Of a stretch of 63,275 nt of DNA, positions 17,427-25,302 are shown one piece after another. The notes under the pieces were generated by a model, which searched no databases, had not been told where the DNA came from, and saw nothing but the letters and a program-made list of their open reading frames with translations. Made by a program: the position numbers and the translations under genes. Each line of letters opens with the position of its first letter. Position 1 is the first letter of the stretch. Origin of the DNA: a virus (taxonomy: Duplodnaviria > Caudoviricetes); IMG/VR virus record IMGVR_UViG_3300027861_000023, positions 1 to 63,275 of that record; one strand, given 5' to 3'.

Positions 17427-18048
17427 TTGAAACCTCTTTAGCTATTACTTTTTTGACGTTGGCTTTCATCTTGTACTTTGTGGTTAAAGTCTTAACGATA
17501 CTCTCCAATCCTTTTTCTTTATTTCTTCCTATGTAGCTTAAAACTTTGTCCCAGTTAGCATCTCCAATATCTAAATCAATATGGGTTGCTACATTCTTTG
17601 AACTTACAGATTTTGCTTTTGAAACATCTTCTGCTTTTTTGTTGATTTTAGATTCAGCTTTTACTTCATCGTTTTTATAAATATTCGCATCAACATCCTT
17701 ATCAGATAATAAGCCTAACATTGAAGACAAAGCATATCTTCTGTAGTAAGTAATACCAGCGCCAAATGATTGGTACTTATTCATTCCTTTCATGTCTATG
17801 TCTGGAATTTCAGCATTTCCTTGTATGCTTTCCCCAGTTTCTGTGTGAAATATGATAGTCGTAAGACCTCTGCCTTCAACTATTTGACTAAACCCAAGAT
17901 TACATTTTTTTAATAATGGTTTAATCTGTGCAACGATATGGTCAAAAGTAACATACTTGTAACCATATCCATCAGTATCTTTTAGTAATACTGGTGCTTC
18001 TTGCTGAAAGTCAGCAATAGCTTTGAGTAACTTAATTTTGTCTTTCAT
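17416..18048 (-). CDS. erf: ERF-family single-strand annealing protein
   Basis: YGYKY, IFHTETGE and QSFGAGITYYRRYALSSMLGL..DKDVD signature. Confidence 0.9.
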   Translation of the reverse strand: MKDKIKLLKAIADFQQEAPVLLKDTDGYGYKYVTFDHIVAQIKPLLKKCNLGFSQIVEGRGLTTIIFHTETGESIQGNAEIPDIDMKGMNKYQSFGAGITYYRRYALSSMLGLLSDKDVDANIYKNDEVKAESKINKKAEDVSKAKSVSSKNVATHIDLDIGDANWDKVLSYIGRNKEKGLESIVKTLTTKYKMKANVKKVIAKEVSNGK

Positions 18049-18091
18049 GTGATTTAATTTAATTTAATTTTAAGTGATTATTTATTTATAT

Positions 18092-18352
18092 TTATAGGTG
18101 TTTTACTGCTAATAATAGCAATGTAGGTAAGAAAGTAAATACTGCATCCATTACGTTTGGTGTGCTAAATCTCATCTTTGCATCTACTATTTCTTTTAGT
18201 ATTGATACGAATATCATAAAACCAATAGCTTCCATTGTTGTACCCCATATTACTAATGGAGTTGCAATTATACTTCCGTAGAAGAAATGTAGTAATTTGT
18301 CATTTGGTATTAATGCCATTTCTAATAATATTCTTTTAATTATTTTTTTCAT
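18092..18352 (-). CDS. Small membrane protein (DKLLHF motif, VanZ-like)
   Basis: Three hydrophobic segments; DKLLHF...KE..D pattern. Confidence 0.6.
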   Translation of the reverse strand: MKKIIKRILLEMALIPNDKLLHFFYGSIIATPLVIWGTTMEAIGFMIFVSILKEIVDAKMRFSTPNVMDAVFTFLPTLLLLAVKHL

Positions 18353-18355
18353 AAT

Positions 18356-18754
18356 TTACAGTTTAGTGTTTGCTTCTAATTTGTAGGATGCATACTTTAA
18401 AAGTATTGCGCTCCTTTTATTTTTAAGTCTCTTTATATGCTTGTCGTTTTTTCTACTATTTACTTCAGACTTGATCCTTGCCTCAATAAGATTTAATTTA
18501 TGTAAGCAATTATCTATATTTACACGAAGACATCCAGTTTTCCATCCAAAATCAGTAAAGAGTTTATACTCTTTTTCATCGCATTCCTTGTAATAAGCGC
18601 CACCTTTACTCATGTTTAAGATTTCAATCTTGTCATTAAACTTTTGTATTTTAATGCCTTTTCTTATGAAACTTTTTCCTTGACGAGTATTTGTTACCAC
18701 TGGAGGGTAAGATGTGTTTAATGCTTCTGCAAATATTTGGTCTAAAGTATACAT
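18356..18754 (-). CDS. Hypothetical protein
   Basis: ORF in a tightly packed operon. Confidence 0.65.
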   Translation of the reverse strand: MYTLDQIFAEALNTSYPPVVTNTRQGKSFIRKGIKIQKFNDKIEILNMSKGGAYYKECDEKEYKLFTDFGWKTGCLRVNIDNCLHKLNLIEARIKSEVNSRKNDKHIKRLKNKRSAILLKYASYKLEANTKL

Positions 18755-19063
18755 TTAGTTAGCTATAACATTTTCTTCCAAATGCTCTGTAGTTAATTGC
18801 TTGTAATCATAATCTGTAGCAACTAATTGACTAGCTTTTTTATACCCATAAGTGATAGTCGAGGCAGATGCCTTATATCCTTGTTCAGCTAAGCATTTCT
18901 TGATATATGAAACACTTATATTTCTCTCTACGCACAAGTAGTACAACATCCATCGTGATTGAACCACATCATGCTCTTTGTTTGTAGCAAACATTTCTTC
19001 TAATGTTAACCCAAACTTTTTAGCCATTGAAATGGCAAACTTTTTAAATAGTATTTTTTTCAT
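18755..19063 (-). CDS. DnaA domain IV-like HTH DNA-binding protein
   Basis: FGLTLEEMF...VVQSRWMLYYLC...STITYGYKK matches the DnaA C-terminal HTH pattern. Confidence 0.6.
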   Translation of the reverse strand: MKKILFKKFAISMAKKFGLTLEEMFATNKEHDVVQSRWMLYYLCVERNISVSYIKKCLAEQGYKASASTITYGYKKASQLVATDYDYKQLTTEHLEENVIAN

Positions 19064-19200
19064 TTTTATCTTGATTTAATTTACCATCATAATCTGATGA
19101 ACTAGTTTGATTCCACTTTATTTTAATTGCAGTAGAATCTGTTGTCCATTTTACCTTGCAATTTTGATTTGATTTATACATTACGTTAATATTTTTGCCA

Positions 19201-19228
19201 CAAAAACCCCCATCGTTAAATGGAGGCT
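19201..19228 (-). terminator. Intrinsic terminator/attenuator
   Basis: Minus strand GCCTCCAT-TTAACG-ATGGGGGT-TTTTG. Confidence 0.65.
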
Positions 19229-19324
19229 AATGCTTGAATCAACTACAATTCACCTTAAACTATTTTACTATACCTATATTATAACTATACTGTAAATATA
19301 ACACAATTAGACTAATAATCAACA

Positions 19325-19957
19325 TTATTCTTGGTTTCTTTTATTATATAATTCATTCACTTCTTTTAAGAAAATAACAACTTCTTTTAAATCTTTTTCC
19401 TTTGCGTAACTATGGTTTTCTTTTAATTCCTCCAGGATCTCATCGTAATTATCTTCTCCCTCATAATTGTAGCCTATGTTCTCAATCCAATTACCAACAT
19501 CACCTATATATCTATATTCATGAGCAGTCATTTCATCGTGAGATTTAGTTTCACTTCCATCTATCATAATAATTCCAGCAAAATCACAACCACCTTCTTC
19601 ATACTCCATTTCAGCAGTTAGACCATATAATTCGCATATCCTTTCAATTAAAGTGATTGGGGGAGACCATGCTGAATCTCCATTGATTGTAAAATTGCAC
19701 TGCCCAGACTTGGCATCAATATTTTTATTGTCAATATCAAATTCAAACCATTTTGTACCATACACATAGTAGGGATTATGTTTATGTCGCTTACTAAATA
19801 TTTCTGGAGTATCCCCAATCTCTCCTATGTTTAAAACATAGTCTCCCCATTCCGTAAAATATTTGGTCTGTTTGTAATTGTTTAACTTTTTTTCTAATAA
19901 TTCCATTTTTTCGGTTTCTCCAGTAAGAGAAATCCAATTCCAACAATGATTTGCCAT
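19325..19957 (-). CDS. DUF1281/YubB ferredoxin-like domain protein
   Basis: MANHCWN, YGTKW, SAWSPP and YEEGGCDFAG motifs. Confidence 0.7.
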   Translation of the reverse strand: MANHCWNWISLTGETEKMELLEKKLNNYKQTKYFTEWGDYVLNIGEIGDTPEIFSKRHKHNPYYVYGTKWFEFDIDNKNIDAKSGQCNFTINGDSAWSPPITLIERICELYGLTAEMEYEEGGCDFAGIIMIDGSETKSHDEMTAHEYRYIGDVGNWIENIGYNYEGEDNYDEILEELKENHSYAKEKDLKEVVIFLKEVNELYNKRNQE

Positions 19958-19986
19958 TTGATTTTATTTTAGTTATTTGACTTATG

Positions 19987-20030
19987 TCGTGAATAGGGGA
20001 GAATCGAACTCCCCAAGCACCATGCTATTC
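19987..20030 (-). ncRNA. tRNA-like minihelix (acceptor-like stem plus T-arm; no D or anticodon arm)
   Basis: Minus strand GAATAG-CATGGTGCTTG-GGGAG-TTCGATT-CTCCC-CTATTC-ACGA, with a canonical T-loop. Confidence 0.55.
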
Positions 20031-20651
20031 TTTAATCTTTAATTTATACTCATTAAGCGCTATGTAATCTATCGCCTCGTATACGGCTTCGCATACGTTA
20101 TCTGATTCAAGAGATTCGTTTAGTATCTTTAAAGCAATATCATCTTCACATTCAATTCCTTGTTGTATGTCATCAATATGCCACAAGCTACCCACTGCAT
20201 AACCATTGTCGTTAAGGTACTTTAAAGCTTCTTCCTTCCTTTTATTCTTGGTTTGTACTTGGATAAATTCTACTACTGCTTTGTAGGTGGTATCAATTTT
20301 ACTGCCTATTGTTTCTATATGAAATAACTCTTTTATAGAATGGTCAGTATTGTGCTTTACGTAACATCTACTTTCAGCGATTATAAATTCATATCCAAAG
20401 TTTTCTATCTTCTCCACTACAGGCATCAGCCAATCCCAGGATGTGTGGTACTTTAAATCTACAACATAATTTATTCTTGATTCATTGTTTGATATAGGAA
20501 AAGTTACTCTGTATCCATCTTCAGATAATTTACCCATAAATTCTGCTATTAATTTATTAGCATCAACGTGATGCATTCTTCCATTTTCCTTTGCCCATAA
20601 CTTTCTGTTGATGGCTTGTTGCTCTAATATTACTTTTTTTGTTTTTGTCAT
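20025..20651 (-). CDS. Phage ABA-sandwich-like domain protein
   Basis: LIAEFMG...YHTSWDWLMPVVEKIE motif; likely start MTKTKK at 20651. Confidence 0.6.
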   Translation of the reverse strand: MTKTKKVILEQQAINRKLWAKENGRMHHVDANKLIAEFMGKLSEDGYRVTFPISNNESRINYVVDLKYHTSWDWLMPVVEKIENFGYEFIIAESRCYVKHNTDHSIKELFHIETIGSKIDTTYKAVVEFIQVQTKNKRKEEALKYLNDNGYAVGSLWHIDDIQQGIECEDDIALKILNESLESDNVCEAVYEAIDYIALNEYKLKIKE

Positions 20652-20674
20652 TATAATTTGGTTTTTTATATTGA

Positions 20675-20911
20675 TTAATAATCTTCTTGTGGATAAATAT
20701 CCTCCCAACCATCTACTGAATTGGGATGGGCATATACTCTGCTCTCCTTTGGTTTTTGTTGCTCATACTCCATAACCCAAAAGTCTTGACCATCTTGTCC
20801 CCAACGCTCTATGCACTCATCGGCTTCTTTCTGTGCTTCTGCAAAGGTTTTAAATCCATCCTCTTGGTCTATTGAATGACCGAATCTGTCTACTGTTACT
20901 ACTTTGTACAT
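20675..20911 (-). CDS. Hypothetical early protein
   Basis: Acidic ORF with an A-rich leader. Confidence 0.6.
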   Translation of the reverse strand: MYKVVTVDRFGHSIDQEDGFKTFAEAQKEADECIERWGQDGQDFWVMEYEQQKPKESRVYAHPNSVDGWEDIYPQEDY

Positions 20912-21027
20912 ATTTTAAATATTAAAGATTAAACTTGTTAATTTGTTCGAAGTGATATCTTCGTTTAATTGATATAGTAATTTCTCAGTTACCTTTGTTT
21001 TTTCTATTATTAATTTACTGTTGAATT

Positions 21028-21180
21028 TCATAATATATCCAAGTTTTCTCTTATTAATAAAATTGCCTCTTCATCAGTTAACTCTCCATCTAATATTTCC
21101 TCTATAGTATAATAATTATTATTATAATATATATTATGAAGTGACTTGTATGTGTCTGAGTATTGTATGTATCTATTCAT
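21028..21180 (-). CDS. Hypothetical 50-aa early protein
   Basis: Translated by hand (MNRYIQYSDTYKSLHNIYY...); overlaps its neighbours. Confidence 0.45.
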   Translation of the reverse strand: MNRYIQYSDTYKSLHNIYYNNNYYTIEEILDGELTDEEAILLIRENLDIL

Positions 21181-21397
21181 GTTTTCTGCATATATTAATT
21201 ATTTCACTTATTGTATATTCTTCAGCTTGGTATTCTATCTCTTTATTGTCAAGTTGTAAATTCATGCCATTTTCAAACTCTATAAATAAACCTTGACCAA
21301 AAACGCCTTCATTATCGCCAACAAATACTCTTTTTATTTTGCCCATTTCAGACCTAAAGGATTCTATCCTTTTTTCTGCATATATTAATTTACTCAT
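21173..21397 (-). CDS. Hypothetical early protein
   Basis: ORF in the packed operon. Confidence 0.6.
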   Translation of the reverse strand: MSKLIYAEKRIESFRSEMGKIKRVFVGDNEGVFGQGLFIEFENGMNLQLDNKEIEYQAEEYTISEIINICRKHE

Positions 21398-21555
21398 AAT
21401 CTTAATCTTATATTATAATCATTAGCTACTTTCTTTAATAGTATCTCTACATAATACTTCTTGTCTGTTGTCATTTCTTCAACGAATCCGTTGACATGGA
21501 GATAGTCTATTGCCTCCATGCATTCTTTCTTTGTTACTCTGTTTAAGTTTTGCAT
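21394..21555 (-). CDS. Hypothetical 53-aa early protein
   Basis: Translated by hand (MQNLNRVTKKECMEAIDYL...); ATGA overlap with the next gene. Confidence 0.55.
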   Translation of the reverse strand: MQNLNRVTKKECMEAIDYLHVNGFVEEMTTDKKYYVEILLKKVANDYNIRLRL

Positions 21556-21557
21556 TG

Positions 21558-21944
21558 TTAATCTTCGTGTTTGGTTAATATTTCTGATTCTATAAAATCC
21601 ATCAATGACTGATTGTATTCAAGCAAATTGAAAAGATTGGTAGTGGTAGTCTTGTTACCTTCTGAAAGGTATATTGATTGTATTTCAACTTCGGGAGCAT
21701 CTCCAATATAGTCATTTGTTCTTGGCACACCTTCGTGATAATTGTAGTGTATTATCAGCTTTGAATTTTCATACTCCAATTCAATTTCATGAATAGGTGT
21801 GACATCTACTTTTTTGTTTTGGAAAATAAAGTTTTGTAGCAAATCTTCAAGCATTTGCGTTTGGTATGGAGTAATATCCCCATGTTTTAAGTTGTGGTCA
21901 TCACATATTGCTGACCAGTCAATGTAATCTAAAAGTTTTGACAT
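21558..21944 (-). CDS. Hypothetical early protein
   Basis: ORF. Confidence 0.6.
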   Translation of the reverse strand: MSKLLDYIDWSAICDDHNLKHGDITPYQTQMLEDLLQNFIFQNKKVDVTPIHEIELEYENSKLIIHYNYHEGVPRTNDYIGDAPEVEIQSIYLSEGNKTTTTNLFNLLEYNQSLMDFIESEILTKHED

Positions 21945-21984
21945 TGTAGTTAATTTAAGTTATGGCAGTATTGCCTTGTACCAC

Positions 21985-22016
21985 AAAATCCTCGCACATT
22001 TCTGTGCAAGGTTTTT
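21985..22016 (-). terminator. GAAA-capped hairpin; terminator or processing site
   Basis: Minus strand AAAAACCTTGCACA-GAAA-TGTGCGAGGATTTT. Confidence 0.65.
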
Positions 22017-22044
22017 ATGTAAAACAAGAGATCTCTTTATGTCT

Positions 22045-22479
22045 CTAAATCAGCTTTCCGTTTTCATCGAATTCCCACTGGTTAATAACGCAATGCTCGT
22101 ACAATCCTTCATCAGAATATATGTAACTGGTCTCTTCGTGCAAATCTTTAAGTATCTGTGATGGATTATTCTTTTGCACTGCCCTAGTTACAATGTAATC
22201 TGACCATACGCCAGTTAAATCCATGTCTTGCTCATGAATCTCTTGTAAAGCCAGTTTATCATAGTCATTAAAAGTAATATACTCTCCTCTACATGGCACT
22301 TGGCTTATACTAAAACTGTTTGTTCCTCCAATCGCACTGGTTAATGCTTTAATGCTATTAATGATGTCATCTACAGAATCTTGATTTAAATCGTGCATAT
22401 TGTCTCTAATCCAGTCATAACATAAAACTGGATTAGGATGTTCTTCTATCGTATAAATTTTGGTTTCTACTACTCTCAT
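22045..22479 (-). CDS. Hypothetical early protein
   Basis: ORF; C-terminal WEFDENG motif of a kind common in phage early proteins. Confidence 0.65.
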   Translation of the reverse strand: MRVVETKIYTIEEHPNPVLCYDWIRDNMHDLNQDSVDDIINSIKALTSAIGGTNSFSISQVPCRGEYITFNDYDKLALQEIHEQDMDLTGVWSDYIVTRAVQKNNPSQILKDLHEETSYIYSDEGLYEHCVINQWEFDENGKLI

Positions 22480-22685
22480 GATTTACTGGTTTTAAATGAT
22501 TCAAAATAAAGGATTAAATAATTTCTAGCTTGTGAAGATTTCATGTCGAATTCCTCCTGGATGTATGGCACTGCGCCAAGCATATTTGTCTTTCCTGATA
22601 ATCGTAATTCCTCACAGAAAGCCATCACATCAGCTATCTCTTTTGTCAATTCTTCATAATATTTTAATTTTTCGCTATTTTTCAT
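22476..22685 (-). CDS. Hypothetical early protein
   Basis: LRLSGKTNMLGAVPYIQEEF resembles a small phage helical family; coupled ORF. Confidence 0.6.
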   Translation of the reverse strand: MKNSEKLKYYEELTKEIADVMAFCEELRLSGKTNMLGAVPYIQEEFDMKSSQARNYLILYFESFKTSKS

Positions 22686-22909
22686 AATTCTGCTATTTTG
22701 TTTTTTGTTATTAATACCATTCCGTTTTTACCTTTCCATTTGTCCATGATTATTTCGTTTGCTCCAGTGTTTATAAATTCTAGTTTTAAAAACATTGCAA
22801 TACCTAATGCTCTGTTCATAGCAAAATCATAAACGCTAGTAGTGTTTAATAATGCTCCGTTTACAAATATTCTGTATATATCTGTACCTTCTTGTGGATG
22901 TTTTGTCAT
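22682..22909 (-). CDS. Hypothetical early protein
   Basis: ORF; likely start MTKHPQ at 22909. Confidence 0.55.
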   Translation of the reverse strand: MTKHPQEGTDIYRIFVNGALLNTTSVYDFAMNRALGIAMFLKLEFINTGANEIIMDKWKGKNGMVLITKNKIAEL

Positions 22910-22920
22910 TTTTAGTTGTT

Positions 22921-23109
22921 TTAAGAGATTATAAATTCTTTTTGGTAGTATTTCCATGCATCTAACATTGTATGCATTCTGTTGCGATATAACGCATCTT
23001 GTGATGACCAGTAACTGGAATCATCTGTTTCAATTTTAATAACATTATCAGACATCATCCAGTTTAGGAATTGTTGATGTTGTAACTGCAATAAATTTAA
23101 TTTTGACAT
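22921..23109 (-). CDS. Hypothetical early protein
   Basis: ORF; likely start MSKLNL at 23109, because the track's start lies in a hairpin. Confidence 0.55.
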   Translation of the reverse strand: MSKLNLLQLQHQQFLNWMMSDNVIKIETDDSSYWSSQDALYRNRMHTMLDAWKYYQKEFIIS

Positions 23110-23142
23110 AAGTATTTGATTTAAATTAGTAATTGATTTTAC

Positions 23143-23177
23143 CCAAAAATCCCACATATCTCTATGTAGGTTTTTGG
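23143..23177 (-). terminator. GAGA-capped hairpin; terminator or processing site
   Basis: Minus strand CCAAAAACCTACATA-GAGA-TATGTGGGATTTTTGG. Confidence 0.65.
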
Positions 23178-23197
23178 TCAAAATTCACTTTCAAAGA

Positions 23198-23623
23198 TCA
23201 GCTACATCTGTAGCTATAATTCTTAGAAATCCAATCACATAAAACATCTTTATTTCTATCATCTAAATCCATGAAGAAGGTTAAAAAGTTAGCAGTTCCA
23301 CCATGTCCATTTCTTGAGCATAGGTTTCGCCATTTGTCGGATAAATGCTTGTGCATATTGGTATCTTTATCCCATACAGATTTCATCCAGTCATGATGAA
23401 AATTGTTTGCGAAATACATGAAATTTACGATATCAAAATTTCTGTTTTCAGATGGAATTAATTTCATGTCATGTACTACAATTTCATTTGTGTTATACTC
23501 ATTCATTAATTGCTCTGCCTGGAACATACTATCTACATTATCGTAAGTTGTAATTAATCCTCCATTACCAGCATACATTTTTAATGTACCATCGTTTTCT
23601 AATTTGTAATCTGTTGCTTTCAT
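23198..23623 (-). CDS. Hypothetical early protein
   Basis: ORF. Confidence 0.65.
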   Translation of the reverse strand: MKATDYKLENDGTLKMYAGNGGLITTYDNVDSMFQAEQLMNEYNTNEIVVHDMKLIPSENRNFDIVNFMYFANNFHHDWMKSVWDKDTNMHKHLSDKWRNLCSRNGHGGTANFLTFFMDLDDRNKDVLCDWISKNYSYRCS

Positions 23624-23796
23624 CTTTTTTCTGTTTTTAAATTAAACTTTTTTAATACTGATTTAAACCAAGTATTTTGCTCATGCGCATTATACTCTTC
23701 TTCTGTTAATACTTCTACTCTAACTGCATCTGAATTTGCTACTGGTAGTAAAAGTATATGCAATCCATTTAGATACTTATACGTTATATTTCTCAT
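23620..23796 (-). CDS. Hypothetical 58-aa early protein directly downstream of the hammerhead
   Basis: Translated by hand (MRNITYKYLNGLHILLLPV...); ATGA overlap with the next gene. Confidence 0.6.
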   Translation of the reverse strand: MRNITYKYLNGLHILLLPVANSDAVRVEVLTEEEYNAHEQNTWFKSVLKKFNLKTEKR

Positions 23797-23835
23797 TATA
23801 AATTGTAGTTTATGTAACTGGTTAATCCAGTTACT

Positions 23836-23898
23836 GGTTAATATCCCTATATCATCTCGACATTAGGATTTCATGCATAAAGCAATCATCAGTTAACC
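23836..23898 (-). ncRNA. Type I hammerhead ribozyme candidate (variant core)
   Basis: Minus strand GGTTAA-CTGATGA-TTGC-TTTAT-GCAT-GAAA-TCCTA-ATGTCGAGATGATA-TAGGG-ATA-TTAACC. It has a 6-bp stem I, CUGAUGA and GAAA cores, stems II and III, and an AUA cleavage triplet. Confidence 0.7.
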
Positions 23899-24236
23899 TA
23901 TTTTGATTTGAGTATTCTAGATACAATCAAATCGTTTATGTTTACTAGCTTACCAAATCCATTACCAGCACGATAGTCAAAGCATAAATTACCTTCAGAT
24001 ATGTTTGGATATATTTCACGAATCCTCTCGTAATAATCATGAGGAAATGCCGTATCAATTTTACGTCTATCTTCATCGCTTACATTGGCTAATATTAATA
24101 AATCTTCCTTATTGCAGTATCTACTCATGGTAGCTATTGCATATAGCAAATCGATTCTTTCATCAGATACATATCCTAAGTATTTTTGGATTTCATCTCT
24201 TTTACTTTCTGTGGTTTTACTCGTAGTTGTTTTCAT
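23898..24236 (-). CDS. Hypothetical early protein
   Basis: ORF; its TAG stop abuts the hammerhead. Confidence 0.65.
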   Translation of the reverse strand: MKTTTSKTTESKRDEIQKYLGYVSDERIDLLYAIATMSRYCNKEDLLILANVSDEDRRKIDTAFPHDYYERIREIYPNISEGNLCFDYRAGNGFGKLVNINDLIVSRILKSK

Positions 24237-24321
24237 AATTTTAATCTAAAAGGTTAATTGTTATTTGTAAATAATTCATGTGCCAGGATGCATATACATC
24301 CAATTGCTACTATATATAATA

Positions 24322-24582
24322 CTATATCCATGTTTCGTACTTCATGTAAAAATCAAATACTTCCTCGTCAAGCACTTCAAAAACTAAATCACTGGTATCT
24401 TCATTACCATCGTAATTGTATAATAATTGTACTATTTCTTGTCCTTCTGAATCTATTAATACAATACATTCATCTTCTGTATATCTGTATATTTCAAAAT
24501 GTCCATAGCTAATACTTTCACTATGCTCTAATTCATGCAAATCCTTACATCTAATGCTATCTAAAACTTTATCTAATGTCAT
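24322..24582 (-). CDS. Very acidic hypothetical early protein
   Basis: ORF, rich in Asp and Glu. Confidence 0.6.
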   Translation of the reverse strand: MTLDKVLDSIRCKDLHELEHSESISYGHFEIYRYTEDECIVLIDSEGQEIVQLLYNYDGNEDTSDLVFEVLDEEVFDFYMKYETWI

Positions 24583-24586
24583 ATCG

Positions 24587-24811
24587 TTATGCGTTTAATG
24601 GTTTTATAAATGTTTCTAATAATTCTACTACTGCTCTATTACTTACTAAAGGATTTGCTCCTGGACTGACTGGAGCATTATTTATTGATTTAATCCTTCC
24701 ATTAATCATCTCAGTCAATTCTATTACTAAAATAGTAGATGCAATGTTCCCTAATTCACGCACATTTTTATGCGCTTTCTTTAATCTTTGGTCATTGTTT
24801 AAGTATGCCAT
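24587..24811 (-). CDS. Hypothetical early protein
   Basis: ORF in the packed operon. Confidence 0.6.
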   Translation of the reverse strand: MAYLNNDQRLKKAHKNVRELGNIASTILVIELTEMINGRIKSINNAPVSPGANPLVSNRAVVELLETFIKPLNA

Positions 24812-24813
24812 TT

Positions 24814-25023
24814 CTATTGGTTTTTGTTGGTTAATAATTCATCTCTTAAATGTACCAGCGCTAACTGATATCCAAAATTCTTCGCTAGTTGCATAAGCAA
24901 TAAATCATTTGCTCCATGATTTGCATCAGCAAATCGCTCCAGGTATTCTTCTGTTGGAGTAGCGACAATCATTCTGTCTAGCTTTTTTAATTCTCTTTCA
25001 ATGTAATCTAATGTGTTTTCCAT
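24814..25023 (-). CDS. Hypothetical early protein
   Basis: ORF in the packed operon. Confidence 0.6.
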   Translation of the reverse strand: MENTLDYIERELKKLDRMIVATPTEEYLERFADANHGANDLLLMQLAKNFGYQLALVHLRDELLTNKNQ

Positions 25024-25044
25024 AATTGTAGTTGTATTAAATGA

Positions 25045-25302
25045 TTAGTAAATTTCTGATTTCTCTATTTGGTTAACTTCTCTCTGTGGTAATTCGCTGA
25101 TGTAATCAGTATACTTGTCCCATGTTTTTTCGCATAACCTATCGTACTTCCTCCAGGTTTTACATTCATCATCGAATTCTTTCTCATTACTATCAGATGC
25201 TAAATCTCTTTGGTCATTGGCAGTATTATACTTCTGTAACCAAGAAATTGCCTTGTTAACTACTGACTGGTGTTTGCTATTTAAAGCGATAATTTTACTC
25301 AT
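25045..25302 (-). CDS. Hypothetical protein, first gene of the early arm
   Basis: ORF with an A-rich leader. Confidence 0.65.
   Translation of the reverse strand: MSKIIALNSKHQSVVNKAISWLQKYNTANDQRDLASDSNEKEFDDECKTWRKYDRLCEKTWDKYTDYISELPQREVNQIEKSEIY

Noticed and set aside
19987-20060. Complete tRNA gene or attP site
   Set aside because: No D or anticodon arm (upstream is coding sequence), no CCA, and no integrase in the window.
21071-21077. Second hammerhead core (CTGATGA on the minus strand; another on the plus strand at 19094)
   Set aside because: No stem II, GAAA or stem III arrangement follows; the first lies within a coding frame (TDE).
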